Source: Spirochaetia bacterium (GTDB lineage: Bacteria; Spirochaetota; Spirochaetia; CAKZLE01). Taken from it: DNA of 64,000 nt. A model generated the notes under the pieces. That model saw nothing but the letters and a program-made list of their open reading frames with translations. It ran no database searches and was not told the DNA's origin. Below, piece after piece: positions 38,767 through 48,460 of this stretch. The stretch spans positions 2,976,001-3,040,000 of the forward strand of contig OY782041.1 of the NCBI GenBank assembly GCA_963677595.1, in the 5' to 3' direction. The position numbers were made by a program, and so were the translations under genes. Position 1 is the first letter of the stretch; every line of letters begins with the position of its first letter.

Positions 38767-39219
38767 TTATCTTGTTTGATTGAGAAAAGGAGCCTGCTGC
38801 ACCTCGGATACCTGGGTAGATTCCAAGGTATCTACCCTGGCAGAAAGCTTGTCGATCCTTGAACCCATATCTGCTTGATACACAAAAGCAGTGATAGCGT
38901 TCACCAGATAGCTGTTAACAGAGATGGACTCTTCTTCCGCTCTGTTGAATACGGCTTCATGGAGTGATTTCGGCATTCTCAGGAGGCACCTTCCGCTGGC
39001 TTCTTTCCTGCGTACTGGTTCAGGGATGGGAAGTCCTTCCTCCTTCAGTATCGCGACTGCCGCTTCTACGGTATCCAGGATCCCTTCCATGGCCTCAAGG
39101 TACGAATCACCACATGCCGATACCGAGGGGAGTTCCCTGCAGGTGCCGATGAACTGGCCGTCTTCCTCAGACCAAAAGACCTGGTACGAATAGTGTTGTC
39201 TCATTTCCTCAATCCTCAT
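38767..39219 (-). CDS. hicB: HicB family antitoxin (no intact hicA)
   Basis: WSEEDGQFIGTCRELP...GDS..EA; IPEP; ASG..LRMPKSLH. Confidence 0.88.
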   Translation of the reverse strand: MRIEEMRQHYSYQVFWSEEDGQFIGTCRELPSVSACGDSYLEAMEGILDTVEAAVAILKEEGLPIPEPVRRKEASGRCLLRMPKSLHEAVFNRAEEESISVNSYLVNAITAFVYQADMGSRIDKLSARVDTLESTQVSEVQQAPFLNQTR

Positions 39220-39331
39220 CTTGCTCTGTCGTGTATCTCTCTACCAGCTCCATGATTCCCATGCCGTGGGACATCCCGGGAGAGGTTGTACAGGTCGTTT
39301 GTCCATCAAACCATGATAGGTGCCATGTCTA

Positions 39332-39362
39332 CATACTAGTATGATATCGAATACGATATCAT
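39332..39362. promoter_or_regulatory. Palindromes upstream of the hicB unit (putative HicB operator)
   Basis: CATACTAGTATG and ATGATATCG-AATA-CGATATCAT. Confidence 0.6.
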
Positions 39363-39453
39363 CATACATCCGTCTGCCTGATAATGCAAGTCCATGGATA
39401 GAGGTGGATCATCTACTGCATGGCCAGAGGATCTTGTCTTGACTTCTGAGGTG

Positions 39454-39473
39454 AGTTAATATATATGTTAACT
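39454..39473. promoter_or_regulatory. Near-perfect 20-bp palindrome before the XRE gene
   Basis: AGTTAATATATATGTTAACT, related to 49454-49473. Confidence 0.55.
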
Positions 39474-39595
39474 TATCCGGCAAGGTAGTTATAGGGAGGA
39501 GAACTACCCTACGTTGGTAGGAGTCATGGGAGCCGTCACTTCAAGCCCTGTAACCTAGCTAGGCGAAAGCCGGATCAAGAGGAGAGATTTTGTTC

Positions 39596-39946
39596 ATGGG
39601 TGGAATAGGTACGTATACCGAAGATCGAACACATAAAGACAACCTGGACGTCCAGAAGCGCGTGTTCAGGAATGTGGTGACTAGCCTCTTGTATGAGATG
39701 ATGGAGAGGGAGCAGGTCTCGAAAGCTGAGCTTGCCTCCAGGCTTCATATCTCCAAAGCAGCAGTCACCAACCTGCTGAGCGGTGACAGGAACTTCACTA
39801 TCGATACGCTTACGGCAATATCGCATGCTCTCGGATATATCCCGAGTTTCAGGCTGGAGAAGATGGGTACAGACCCTGAAGGGCACAGAGGCGGAATTGG
39901 TTCACAGGAAGTGGATGAGCCGAGATCAGTTTCTGTTAGTCTGTGA
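39596..39946 (+). CDS. XRE/HTH_3 protein (HigA-like antitoxin type)
   Basis: SKAELASRLHISKAAVTNLLSGDRNFTIDTL. Confidence 0.8.
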   Translation: MGGIGTYTEDRTHKDNLDVQKRVFRNVVTSLLYEMMEREQVSKAELASRLHISKAAVTNLLSGDRNFTIDTLTAISHALGYIPSFRLEKMGTDPEGHRGGIGSQEVDEPRSVSVSL

Positions 39947-40049
39947 GTTCGGGGATGATAACCTGACTGTAGCCTGCCCGAGGAGGGGGAGAAGTCTCCC
40001 CCCCCTGATGTGCCTTGTTCTTCCTTGGACATGATGAATCATGGAACTG

Positions 40050-40892
40050 CTATCCCTTCACGGCGCCTGCAGTCAGCCCTTCCACGAAATACTTCTGGAT
40101 CGCGGAGAACATGATGACTATCGGCAGCGTGGTAGACGTACCGAGAGCCATGATCTCTCCCCAGTCGATCTCCACAGAGCTGATGTAGTTCGCAAGCCCT
40201 ACAGTCAATGTCTTCATGGTGTCGCTGATGATGAGCACGCTCGAGAGAAGGTATTCGTTCCAGGAAAGGATGAATGCCATGATTCCCGTGCTGAGAATCC
40301 CCGGGATACATAAGGGCAGCACGATGGCGGTGAATATCTTGAAGGCTGAGGTCCCGTCCATGAGGGCTGCCTCTTCCAACTCCTTTGGGACCTTCCTGAA
40401 AAAGGGTATGAGAAGCCATACACAGAAGGGGAAGGTAAAGGTCGTATGGCCGATGATCACACCAAGATAGCTTGAGTTCAGCCCCATCCCTGCGATGATC
40501 CTGTACAGGGGGATCATCAGCATGATCGGAGGCAGGCAGTAGGCGGAGAGTACGGACATCATGATGAGGCGACGTCCCCTATAGGTGAATCGGGCAAGAC
40601 TGTATGCACCCAATGTGCCAATTACGACATCGATGAGCATGGTCGAGAATGCGATAAGGAAACTGTTGAAGAAGTACCGGACGACGATAGCATTGCTGAA
40701 GGTAGTTTTGTACCAGTGCAGGGTGGGATCTTTGGGAAAGATCTGGGGCGGCATCTTGAAGAGTTCTACCGAGGGTTTCAATGAGCTCAATGCCATCCAG
40801 AGCAGCGGGAAGCCTACGAACGCTATCGTTGCCAGTACCAGGATGTAGAACCAGAAGTTCTTACGCAGTTTCATGAGGATTGTTGAAATCAT
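40050..40892 (-). CDS. Sugar ABC transporter permease
   Basis: LEEAALMDG; GLTAGAVKG; GGAGG before ATG 40892. Confidence 0.93.
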   Translation of the reverse strand: MISTILMKLRKNFWFYILVLATIAFVGFPLLWMALSSLKPSVELFKMPPQIFPKDPTLHWYKTTFSNAIVVRYFFNSFLIAFSTMLIDVVIGTLGAYSLARFTYRGRRLIMMSVLSAYCLPPIMLMIPLYRIIAGMGLNSSYLGVIIGHTTFTFPFCVWLLIPFFRKVPKELEEAALMDGTSAFKIFTAIVLPLCIPGILSTGIMAFILSWNEYLLSSVLIISDTMKTLTVGLANYISSVEIDWGEIMALGTSTTLPIVIMFSAIQKYFVEGLTAGAVKG

Positions 40893-40908
40893 GGTGTACC
40901 TCCTCTCC

Positions 40909-41817
40909 TCAATGTTCATCCGCTACGGATTTCTTCACATAGAATGCGACACACACGAAGAGTGCGAGCCCCAGTACCATGGATATGCTCGAGGCGTATC
41001 CGAGCTGGAAGGTACCGAATGATGCCTGATAGATCATGATCGGCAAGTGTGTAGTCGTTCCTGCCGGACCGCCTCCCGTGATCAGCCAGATCAGGTCGAA
41101 GTAGGTAGCTGTCCATACGATACGGAGGATCGCCAGGACTATCGTTGCATCCTTTACATGCGGCAGGGTGATATGGAGGAACTCCTGGAAGGCGTTGGCT
41201 CCATCCACTCGTGCGGCCTCGTACAGCTCCTGGTTGATGCTCATCAGCGTTGCCCAGTAGATGAGCATCGGGAACGGGTATGATCTCCAGATGTTGACAA
41301 TGATGAGGGTGGCCATCGCGCTCCCGGGAAGGGCCAGCGGGGATTGCCGGTAGTCGATCATGTTCAGTTTGCTGAGCCACCAGCTCACGATGCCGTAATC
41401 ACCGTTCGTAACCCACTTGGTCACCAGTGCGATCGCCACGGCAGGGACGACATACGGGATGAGAAGAAAACTACGCAATCCTGTCCCCACGTTCTTTCTC
41501 TTGATCAGCAGGGCGATTGCGAACCCCAATACCAGTTGGCCTATGACAGAGAAGATCGTCCATACCAGGGTGTTCTTCACATATTTCAGGAACCTGATAT
41601 TAGAGAAGAGCTTCCTGTAGTTCTCGAATGCAACGAAGGAGAACTCTGACTTCAGGAGTCTAGCATCCGTGAAGCTCAAGAAGATGTTATATACTACCGG
41701 ATAGGCAACAAACACCAGAAGGAAGATCACGGTCGGTATGATGAAGATGATACCTAGTATCTGCTTCTGTGAATGATAGTTCCTTTTCTGTCCAATCAAG
41801 TGCACGTTCACGTTCAC
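40909..41817 (-). CDS. Sugar ABC transporter permease
   Basis: YEAARVDGA; TGGGP. Confidence 0.93.
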   Translation of the reverse strand: MNVNVHLIGQKRNYHSQKQILGIIFIIPTVIFLLVFVAYPVVYNIFLSFTDARLLKSEFSFVAFENYRKLFSNIRFLKYVKNTLVWTIFSVIGQLVLGFAIALLIKRKNVGTGLRSFLLIPYVVPAVAIALVTKWVTNGDYGIVSWWLSKLNMIDYRQSPLALPGSAMATLIIVNIWRSYPFPMLIYWATLMSINQELYEAARVDGANAFQEFLHITLPHVKDATIVLAILRIVWTATYFDLIWLITGGGPAGTTTHLPIMIYQASFGTFQLGYASSISMVLGLALFVCVAFYVKKSVADEH

Positions 41818-41849
41818 GCTTCCAATTCTCCTTTGTCTTTGTAAGAATA

Positions 41850-41885
41850 GAGCCCGGGCTTGGAGGTTCTGCTAAGCCCGGGCTC
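41850..41885 (-). other. Intercistronic hairpin after the binding-protein gene
   Basis: GAGCCCGGGCTT-N12-AAGCCCGGGCTC. Confidence 0.6.
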
Positions 41886-41903
41886 ACATATTGACCTGTT
41901 ATC

Positions 41904-43253
41904 TTATTGTATCAGAGCTATCTGTTCCTGCAACTGCTGATCGATATAATCGACAGCATCCTTTGAGCTTTCCATACCCAGTGCGACACTCTGCAGGGAT
42001 TCCCCAAAGAATGTAGTAGCTTCTATCTGTGAGGACAGCTGGCTGAGGCCGTTCTCCATGCCGTACCAGTACCAGTTGTTATTCTCGAAGGCATTGGTTA
42101 TCGAGTCTATCTGGTCCTGGAAGAGACTGACTTTCGGGTCCTGACGGTAGATCTCGAGACCGGAATAGATTGACGGGAAAGCGAACATCGGTCGCGAGAG
42201 ACCGCGTTCAGCAGCTCGTTCAGCGGTATAGAGTTTGGAAAGGAATTCTTTCTTGAGTGCGATCTTAGCTGCATCCCCGCTGTTGCTTGCCACGAACGCA
42301 TATCCGCTGCCGAAGGAGGCTGGCTTGTTACCGTACTGCCCCGGTAGGTCGAAGCATCCGATGTTCTCAAGCATCTCAGGATTGTTGTTCTGGGCCATCA
42401 GTATGACAGCTCCCATATCGAGCGTCATGGCAACCGTACCTTCAACCAGGGCATTCCGGTATTCGCTCCATGCCCATTCAAGAGATGACTTCGGCGATAC
42501 ATTGTGGTACAGGTCCATGATATAGTCCATGACCTCCACGGCCTTGGCTTTCTGAGAACCGAAGGTGTATGCGCCGGTGTTCGGGTCAACGGTCGTTACT
42601 CCGGCTGAATAGAGGAACTCGTAATAGGTCTGCGGTGCGACCTGAACGGCATTCAGCGGTACTGGGAACCCATATACGTCAATGTTCCCATCCCCGTCCT
42701 CATCGATACAGAGCTTCTCTGCTGCTGCCTTGAACTCAGCCCAGTTCTTCGGGATTTCGATGCCGTACTTGGCAAAGAGATCTTTTCGGTACCATACTGA
42801 TGTATGAAGGGCCCAGTCCGGTAATCCCCAGGTCTCCCCGTCGGCGTTCAGGACATGGAGATAGGATGCGATGAAATCATCCCGGCCAAGGTCGTCGATG
42901 ACATCGTCCACACTGGTGAGCATGTCCTGTGAGTAGAGGTATGCTGATCCGGCAAAGTTAGTGTGCATGATATCGGGGACTTCCCCGGACTCCACAGCAG
43001 TGGCGAGCTTGGTGTACATGTCCCCGAATGAGATGGTGACCATCTCGAAATCGACACCCATCTCCTCTGCCACTTCAGTGAACTGTTTCTTGAGGACGAC
43101 AGTCTGGGCATCAGCGGTCAGGTTCGTCCAGATGACGATCTTGTTGTCATCTTCTGCAGCGACTTGAGTGGCTTCTTCCTTGGTTCCGCCAGCAAATACG
43201 AGGGTACCTGCTGCAAGAAGCAGTACGATGAGTACAAACAACTTCTTTACCAT
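41904..43253 (-). CDS. Sugar ABC transporter substrate-binding protein (CUT1)
   Basis: Signal VFAGGTKE; PDI, WYRKDLF, PKNWAE. Confidence 0.92.
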   Translation of the reverse strand: MVKKLFVLIVLLLAAGTLVFAGGTKEEATQVAAEDDNKIVIWTNLTADAQTVVLKKQFTEVAEEMGVDFEMVTISFGDMYTKLATAVESGEVPDIMHTNFAGSAYLYSQDMLTSVDDVIDDLGRDDFIASYLHVLNADGETWGLPDWALHTSVWYRKDLFAKYGIEIPKNWAEFKAAAEKLCIDEDGDGNIDVYGFPVPLNAVQVAPQTYYEFLYSAGVTTVDPNTGAYTFGSQKAKAVEVMDYIMDLYHNVSPKSSLEWAWSEYRNALVEGTVAMTLDMGAVILMAQNNNPEMLENIGCFDLPGQYGNKPASFGSGYAFVASNSGDAAKIALKKEFLSKLYTAERAAERGLSRPMFAFPSIYSGLEIYRQDPKVSLFQDQIDSITNAFENNNWYWYGMENGLSQLSSQIEATTFFGESLQSVALGMESSKDAVDYIDQQLQEQIALIQ

Positions 43254-43346
43254 AAAATTTCTCCTTTTTAGGTCTTTTCAGACCTGTGAAATCATATCTC
43301 AATCGTTGGTGCATCTGTGAGACAGGTCGCCAACGACGGGATCCAT

Positions 43347-44693
43347 CTAGATGATCGCGTTCTGGGCCTTCAGCGTCTCCTGAAGCTGGGCTATGTCGAT
43401 ATCCCTGGGGGAGACTCCCCGTTTGGATGCGAGCGATGCAGCGATCCCTGCTGCCTCCCCCATAGCCATGCACTGCGGCATGCATCGGATGCAGTTGGCG
43501 ACTGGAGCCTCGTATGAGACACAGCGGCCGGCGACCAGCAATCCGTCCTTGCCTTTCGGGATCATGCATCGATAGGGGATCGTCATCGATTTACCAGGTT
43601 CGAGGTTGTAGACGTACATCGTGATGCCGTCCGGGGTGTGGGCACCGGCAGGCATGGCTCCTCGTCCGATACTGTCCTCGAATTCACGAGCAGCATTGAA
43701 GTCGTCAAGGGTCACCTTGTAGTCGCCGATGATTCGGCGGCTCTCACGTACTCCGAGCAGGCTGGCAATGGCGGCAAGATAGGCGTTCTCGAACCCCGGT
43801 ACGTACTTCCTGAATGCTTCCGACATATCGTATAAGCATTTCTGGGAGAACGCTTCCTGCTCAGTCCTTGACTCAAACCCCTCGGTGCTGTGGGCCTCGA
43901 TCGCCCCGGAGCAGTTGATGATCACTTCACCGGGATTCGGTGTTGAGGTGAAGATGCCCAGCCAATTTCGCAGGTATTCGAGATCCGGGGGGAGTTCCAC
44001 GTCCTCGAGCTCGTCATGCAGCCCGAAATGCATGAAACCAGGGAAGGTCTTGAATTCCCGCCATGCTGGAGGAACATGGTGATCAGCTACCGGCGGATGG
44101 GTCTTGTAGTATTCCTTGACCCTGTCCAGGTCGACGCCTGACATCTTTCCCATCAGGGTCATCGGCTGGATGTCTTTCTTCTCCCGTATCTCGAAGGGCG
44201 CGCCTGCTTTCTCGGCTACAACGGCATCCCCTGAACAATCGATGACGACATCAGCGGTGATCTCCATGAGGGTAGTTCCTGAGAGTACGGTAAGACCTGT
44301 GACTGTATCACCCTCAGTGATAGCATCAACGATGGATGTGTCGAGGTAGACTGAGAGATTTGGCTCCTTAGCTACCAGTTCATCCAAGACGACCTTGGCG
44401 ACTTCCGTGTCATACAGGTAGCAGACATCTGTTTCCTGGTTCTCAATAACCATGGCTCCCCGTGCAGTGAGGATGTCCTTCACCTCCCAGGCGATACCCT
44501 TGACGATGACTTTTTCCTTGTCACTGAACCCTACCCAGGCTCCCTGCATCCCTGCTGTGAATTGCCCGCCAAGGCATCGCTGCTTCTCGACGATGAGTGT
44601 CTTTGCTCCGTTCCTTGCCGCAGCCAATCCTGCGATGATACCGGCAGTGCCTCCGCCGGCTACAAGAACTTCGACCTTTCCCTGTTTCATCAT
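43347..44693 (-). CDS. FAD-dependent oxidoreductase (FAD_oxidored-type)
   Basis: GGGTAG, IDCSGD, GVRESRRI.G, IPYRCMIP, AGRC.S, MGEAAG. Confidence 0.9.
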   Translation of the reverse strand: MMKQGKVEVLVAGGGTAGIIAGLAAARNGAKTLIVEKQRCLGGQFTAGMQGAWVGFSDKEKVIVKGIAWEVKDILTARGAMVIENQETDVCYLYDTEVAKVVLDELVAKEPNLSVYLDTSIVDAITEGDTVTGLTVLSGTTLMEITADVVIDCSGDAVVAEKAGAPFEIREKKDIQPMTLMGKMSGVDLDRVKEYYKTHPPVADHHVPPAWREFKTFPGFMHFGLHDELEDVELPPDLEYLRNWLGIFTSTPNPGEVIINCSGAIEAHSTEGFESRTEQEAFSQKCLYDMSEAFRKYVPGFENAYLAAIASLLGVRESRRIIGDYKVTLDDFNAAREFEDSIGRGAMPAGAHTPDGITMYVYNLEPGKSMTIPYRCMIPKGKDGLLVAGRCVSYEAPVANCIRCMPQCMAMGEAAGIAASLASKRGVSPRDIDIAQLQETLKAQNAII

Positions 44694-44707
44694 ACTACTC
44701 CTTCTTC

Positions 44708-45628
44708 TTAACCAAGATACCCGTATTCTTTCAGTACAGCTTTCAATGTGTCCATCACGTCAGACGGGAGCTCGGAGATGACGGGCTTCCTGCAGTATCC
44801 TGCATCAACGCCACGGAGCTTCAGTCCTTCCTTGATGATCTGGAGCCATGGGGTAGGCATACCGTCAGCAGTCGGTTTGGTGAAGAGCGGCAGGTACGGT
44901 CTGACTTTATCGAAATGTGCCTGCATGGCCTCTTCCATCTTTCGAGCTTTTGCTACATGATACACCTCAGTGTTCTCTTTCGGAAAGAGGTTTCCTGTTC
45001 CGCAGACCCATCCGTCTGCCCAGCATGCAAGGCTCTCTACCGGACATACATCGTAGCCGTAGAAGATCCCGAAATTATCATCGGTCAGATACCTGAGATC
45101 CTGCTGCCGGTAGACATCCGCCTGTCGTTCCTTGACTGCATCGATGAACCCTTCATTGTAGAGCTTGGCCATGAACTCATCGGACATGAGACAGGTCGAG
45201 TAGTAGGGGTTGTGATAGACCATGATGGGGATATCGATCGCCTTCCTGATCGTCTCGTAGTGGAGAAGCAGCTCGTTCTCGTTGGGAGCCATGTACCAGG
45301 GAGTTACGGCCATGATACCGTCAGCGCCAGCACTCTCTGCAGCTTTTGACATCTCGACAACATCTTTGGTGCGGTATGCGCCGGTCGAGCATACGACCTT
45401 GATCCGTCCTGCTGCTGCCTTGACGGTAGCTTCGTTGACAGCCATCTGTTCGGCTGGCGTCATGGCTACCATCTCTCCGGTACTTCCTGAGGGGATGACG
45501 CCGGTGACGCCGTTATCAACAAGGAAGTCGGTACATTCCTTGATGCCGTTGAAGTTGATTGACTCATCCGCATTGAACGGTGTCACCATCGGGATGTAGA
45601 TACCATCCAGTTTTTCTCGTTTTCCCAT
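44708..45628 (-). CDS. DapA/NanA (DHDPS-like) class I aldolase family protein
   Basis: PMVTPF, GSTGE, VYHNP, VKE (Schiff-base Lys). Confidence 0.9.
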   Translation of the reverse strand: MGKREKLDGIYIPMVTPFNADESINFNGIKECTDFLVDNGVTGVIPSGSTGEMVAMTPAEQMAVNEATVKAAAGRIKVVCSTGAYRTKDVVEMSKAAESAGADGIMAVTPWYMAPNENELLLHYETIRKAIDIPIMVYHNPYYSTCLMSDEFMAKLYNEGFIDAVKERQADVYRQQDLRYLTDDNFGIFYGYDVCPVESLACWADGWVCGTGNLFPKENTEVYHVAKARKMEEAMQAHFDKVRPYLPLFTKPTADGMPTPWLQIIKEGLKLRGVDAGYCRKPVISELPSDVMDTLKAVLKEYGYLG

Positions 45629-45666
45629 TGCAGTTACTCCTTATCCTATTCAATAAAAAATAATTT

Positions 45667-46018
45667 GGAATAGCTATTCCTAAAAACTAGTAAAACACGA
45701 TTTATGGTGCTTGTCAATAACAAATTCAGAAAAGTGTATAGTGGTTCCTGCCATACGCCTGGTATGTTGAAATATGGGGAGATAGCAATCAAAATATTGT
45801 AATATAGATAAATAGAATGAAATCGCACAAATTCCCCATTCTTATGTAAAATAGTGGTTCTGTAATTTTCAGCCCCATAACGTAAGAAAATAGGAATAAG
45901 CATTCCAAAATAATAGGAAACAATATTTTTGTGTGAGTGTTACGGTTGACAACTGGAATAAAATGCATTAGATTTCGTATTATGAAGAACTGGAATATGA
46001 AATAAGCATTCCAGTTCT
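45667..46018. promoter_or_regulatory. Divergent promoter region with repeated GGAAT-N4-ATTCC boxes (putative IclR operators)
   Basis: GGAATAGCTATTCC 45667-45680; GGAATAAGCATTCC 45893-45906; GAAATAAGCATTCC 45999-46012. Confidence 0.6.
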
Positions 46019-46048
46019 GATTCCCAAGCTTGGGAGAAGGCAGGAGCG

Positions 46049-46837
46049 ATGGCTAAGAAAACAGAAGATCAGAGTCCGGATATCATCAAGATGGTGGATC
46101 GTGCGCTGCAGGTCCTCGATATCCTTCGTTTGACGAGGGAGGGGATCGGGGTGAATGCGATCGCTAAACAATGCGAGATTAACCCATCGACCGCATTCCG
46201 TATTCTGAAAACACTCGAGATTAACGGTTGGGTGTTTCAGATGGGCGATGGCCGGTATATCTCCGGCGAGAAATTGAGCTTCGTTCTGGGGAAGGATAAT
46301 CTCTACCTGGCATTGAAGGAAGTCTCTTCCCTTGTGATGGAGAAGTATACCCATGAATATGATAAGGCGATGAACCTCATCGTAAGGGAAGGAGCGCATT
46401 GCTTCATCATGCAGCAGTCCAGGACGAAGAGCCTGGTTGACTATATTGCGCCGCTCTACTCGGAGCTCCCGTTCTATGCCTGTGCCGGTGGAAAAATCCT
46501 TTTATCCGAACTGCCGATCAATCACGCTGATATGATCATACACTCACGGGAGATGACTCCTCTCACGAAACGGACGATCACCGATCCCGACCAGTTCTGG
46601 CAGGAGCTGAGAACTGTCGCGAAACAGGGGTATGCGTTTGACCATAAGGAGAGTTCGGAGAACGGGAGCTGTATCTCCGTTGCTGTCCGTGACAGTAAGG
46701 GTTCAGCCATTGCCGCTGTCTCCTTCAGCGGGTTCATCGGGATCGAAGATATGGATGAGCTCCTGAAGTACCTCCCGGCCTTGAAAGATGCGTCCATGGA
46801 GATATCGAAGAGTCTGTACGCCTGTTGGGAAGGCTGA
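46049..46837 (+). CDS. IclR family transcriptional regulator
   Basis: VDRALQVL, STAFRILKTL, A.GKILL, T..TITD, GYA.D..E. Confidence 0.93.
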   Translation: MAKKTEDQSPDIIKMVDRALQVLDILRLTREGIGVNAIAKQCEINPSTAFRILKTLEINGWVFQMGDGRYISGEKLSFVLGKDNLYLALKEVSSLVMEKYTHEYDKAMNLIVREGAHCFIMQQSRTKSLVDYIAPLYSELPFYACAGGKILLSELPINHADMIIHSREMTPLTKRTITDPDQFWQELRTVAKQGYAFDHKESSENGSCISVAVRDSKGSAIAAVSFSGFIGIEDMDELLKYLPALKDASMEISKSLYACWEG

Positions 46838-46846
46838 AAGGAACAA

Positions 46847-47015
46847 TCAGTACAGGAATCCGAAGAGCCAGAGGGGGATGGTCCTCCCATGCCCGTACTC
46901 TATCGAGTCTGCGGCGATATAGGCATCAGCGATTCCTAAGAAACCGTAGATTCGAGATTCCGGATGAAATCAGGTTTTAGATATGTCTCAAAGACCGTTC
47001 GATCAATCTTTCCAT
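46847..47015 (-). pseudogene. Internally deleted AAA-family ATPase (only the ends remain)
   Basis: ATG 47015 gives MERLIERSLRHI-stop; another frame ends ADAYIAADSIEYGHGRTIPLWLFGFLY-stop, a C-terminus I recognise from AAA_14-type ATPases. Confidence 0.65.
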
Positions 47016-47178
47016 ACTATATTTTACAATACGGCTGATAAGTTGCTAAGTATAGTTAACAAATAATAGGCATTTATGATATCTGTAGTTACCATTTATG
47101 CTGGGGTTGATGGGTTAAGAAGGATCATGAAGGACCTGATCGGTGAAATGTATGGTTCTCCGTTGAGGAGTGCGTGGA

Positions 47179-48441
47179 TCAGGTCGTTAGCACACCCAAT
47201 GGTATGACATTGATGCCGTCTTTACGCTGATAGGCAAATCCATTGGCTGTGATGATACAAAGGGCAGCTGGAGGCCCTATGCGGCTTTGGTCTACTCTTT
47301 GTGCAAAGGTGAGCAGATTGGCTGCTGCCGTTTCCTGGGCCCGCATACCCATCTTCACTTCGAAGGCGGCCCATCTGCCATCGGGGTATTCTATGACTGC
47401 ATCGACTTCCAGGCCACTTGAGTCACGGTAGTGAAAGACATTCCCCCCATGCAGCTCTGCATAGATTCGGAGATCGCGAATGACGAGTGATTCGAAGAGG
47501 AAGCCCAGGTACTGCAGGTCCTTCCCGAGCTTCTCGATTGATAACCCTAATGCCCCGACAGCCAGTGATGGGTCTACAAAGAAACGCTTTGGGCTCTTCC
47601 TCAGCGTGCTGCTTCCCCGGATATGAGTACTCCAGGCAGGCAACTGCTCAAGGATACGCAGTCGTTCAAGGGCCTGGATATAATCTGCGGCTGTCTCATC
47701 GGTCAGGAATCCGTCTGACCCATTCACATCCTTTACCAGTGTTGCCAATGATGCCTCTGTCGCTATATTCCTGGCAAGGGACTGCAGGAGTCTTCGGACC
47801 TTCATTGGATCACGGGTCTTCCCGGAGGCCTTGTTGATGTCTGCTTCAGCCGTCAGGCTGATATAATCCCGGCTGAACTGCAGCCCTGTTACGGCATCAG
47901 CATCGATCAGCCCGGGCCAGCCTCCCAGAACGATCTGTTCGATCAGGGTTTCGAGTCTGAAGGGCAGTTCCCTTGATCGGGGTATATCTCCCTGCATCAC
48001 GGATTCCATGCTCACTTCCCCGGTTGACCATCCCCGCTCAGCAAGTGACATCGGGCGCATATCGACGATGGAAAAGCGCCCTGCACCAGAATGGAGTCGA
48101 GCCGCATTGTGGACCGAAGATGAACCAGTCAGGATGAACTGTCCCTTCTGTTTTCGCTCGTCTACCTCATGCCTCACGAAGTTCCAGATCTCGGGGTATT
48201 CCTGCCACTCATCGATCACTCTTGGAGTATCACCGGCCAGGACCATCCTGGGATCCAGTTCCATCTGCAGTCTCACGATATCATCGGTATCCATCCTGGC
48301 GATACTCCCTGCAGCCTGAAGGGCCGTCTCAGTCTTTCCGCAGCCTTTTGCTCCTCGTATGAGGACGGCTCCTGAGACTGTCAGCCTGTTCTGTAGTATG
48401 GTATCAGTGACTCTCGGCATATACATGGTTATCTTCTCCAA
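47179..48441 (-). CDS. AAA_14 ATPase with DUF4143 (wHTH + PD-(D/E)XK-like) domain
   Basis: GAKGCGKT, IDEWQ, FILTGS, HSGAGR, K.FFVDPSL, GFLFE, EVDAVIE, FEVK. Confidence 0.92.
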   Translation of the reverse strand: MEKITMYMPRVTDTILQNRLTVSGAVLIRGAKGCGKTETALQAAGSIARMDTDDIVRLQMELDPRMVLAGDTPRVIDEWQEYPEIWNFVRHEVDERKQKGQFILTGSSSVHNAARLHSGAGRFSIVDMRPMSLAERGWSTGEVSMESVMQGDIPRSRELPFRLETLIEQIVLGGWPGLIDADAVTGLQFSRDYISLTAEADINKASGKTRDPMKVRRLLQSLARNIATEASLATLVKDVNGSDGFLTDETAADYIQALERLRILEQLPAWSTHIRGSSTLRKSPKRFFVDPSLAVGALGLSIEKLGKDLQYLGFLFESLVIRDLRIYAELHGGNVFHYRDSSGLEVDAVIEYPDGRWAAFEVKMGMRAQETAAANLLTFAQRVDQSRIGPPAALCIITANGFAYQRKDGINVIPLGVLTT

Positions 48442-48460
48442 TAGCTATCATACCATGTAT

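Noticed and set aside
44708-45628. Calling the DHDPS-like gene dapA
   Set aside because: Context is an IclR-regulated sugar ABC operon, not lysine biosynthesis
47140-47150. TCGGTGAAATG as proof of a mobile element around the DUF4143 gene
   Set aside because: A single 11-bp match with no target duplication or recombinase; kept only as a side note
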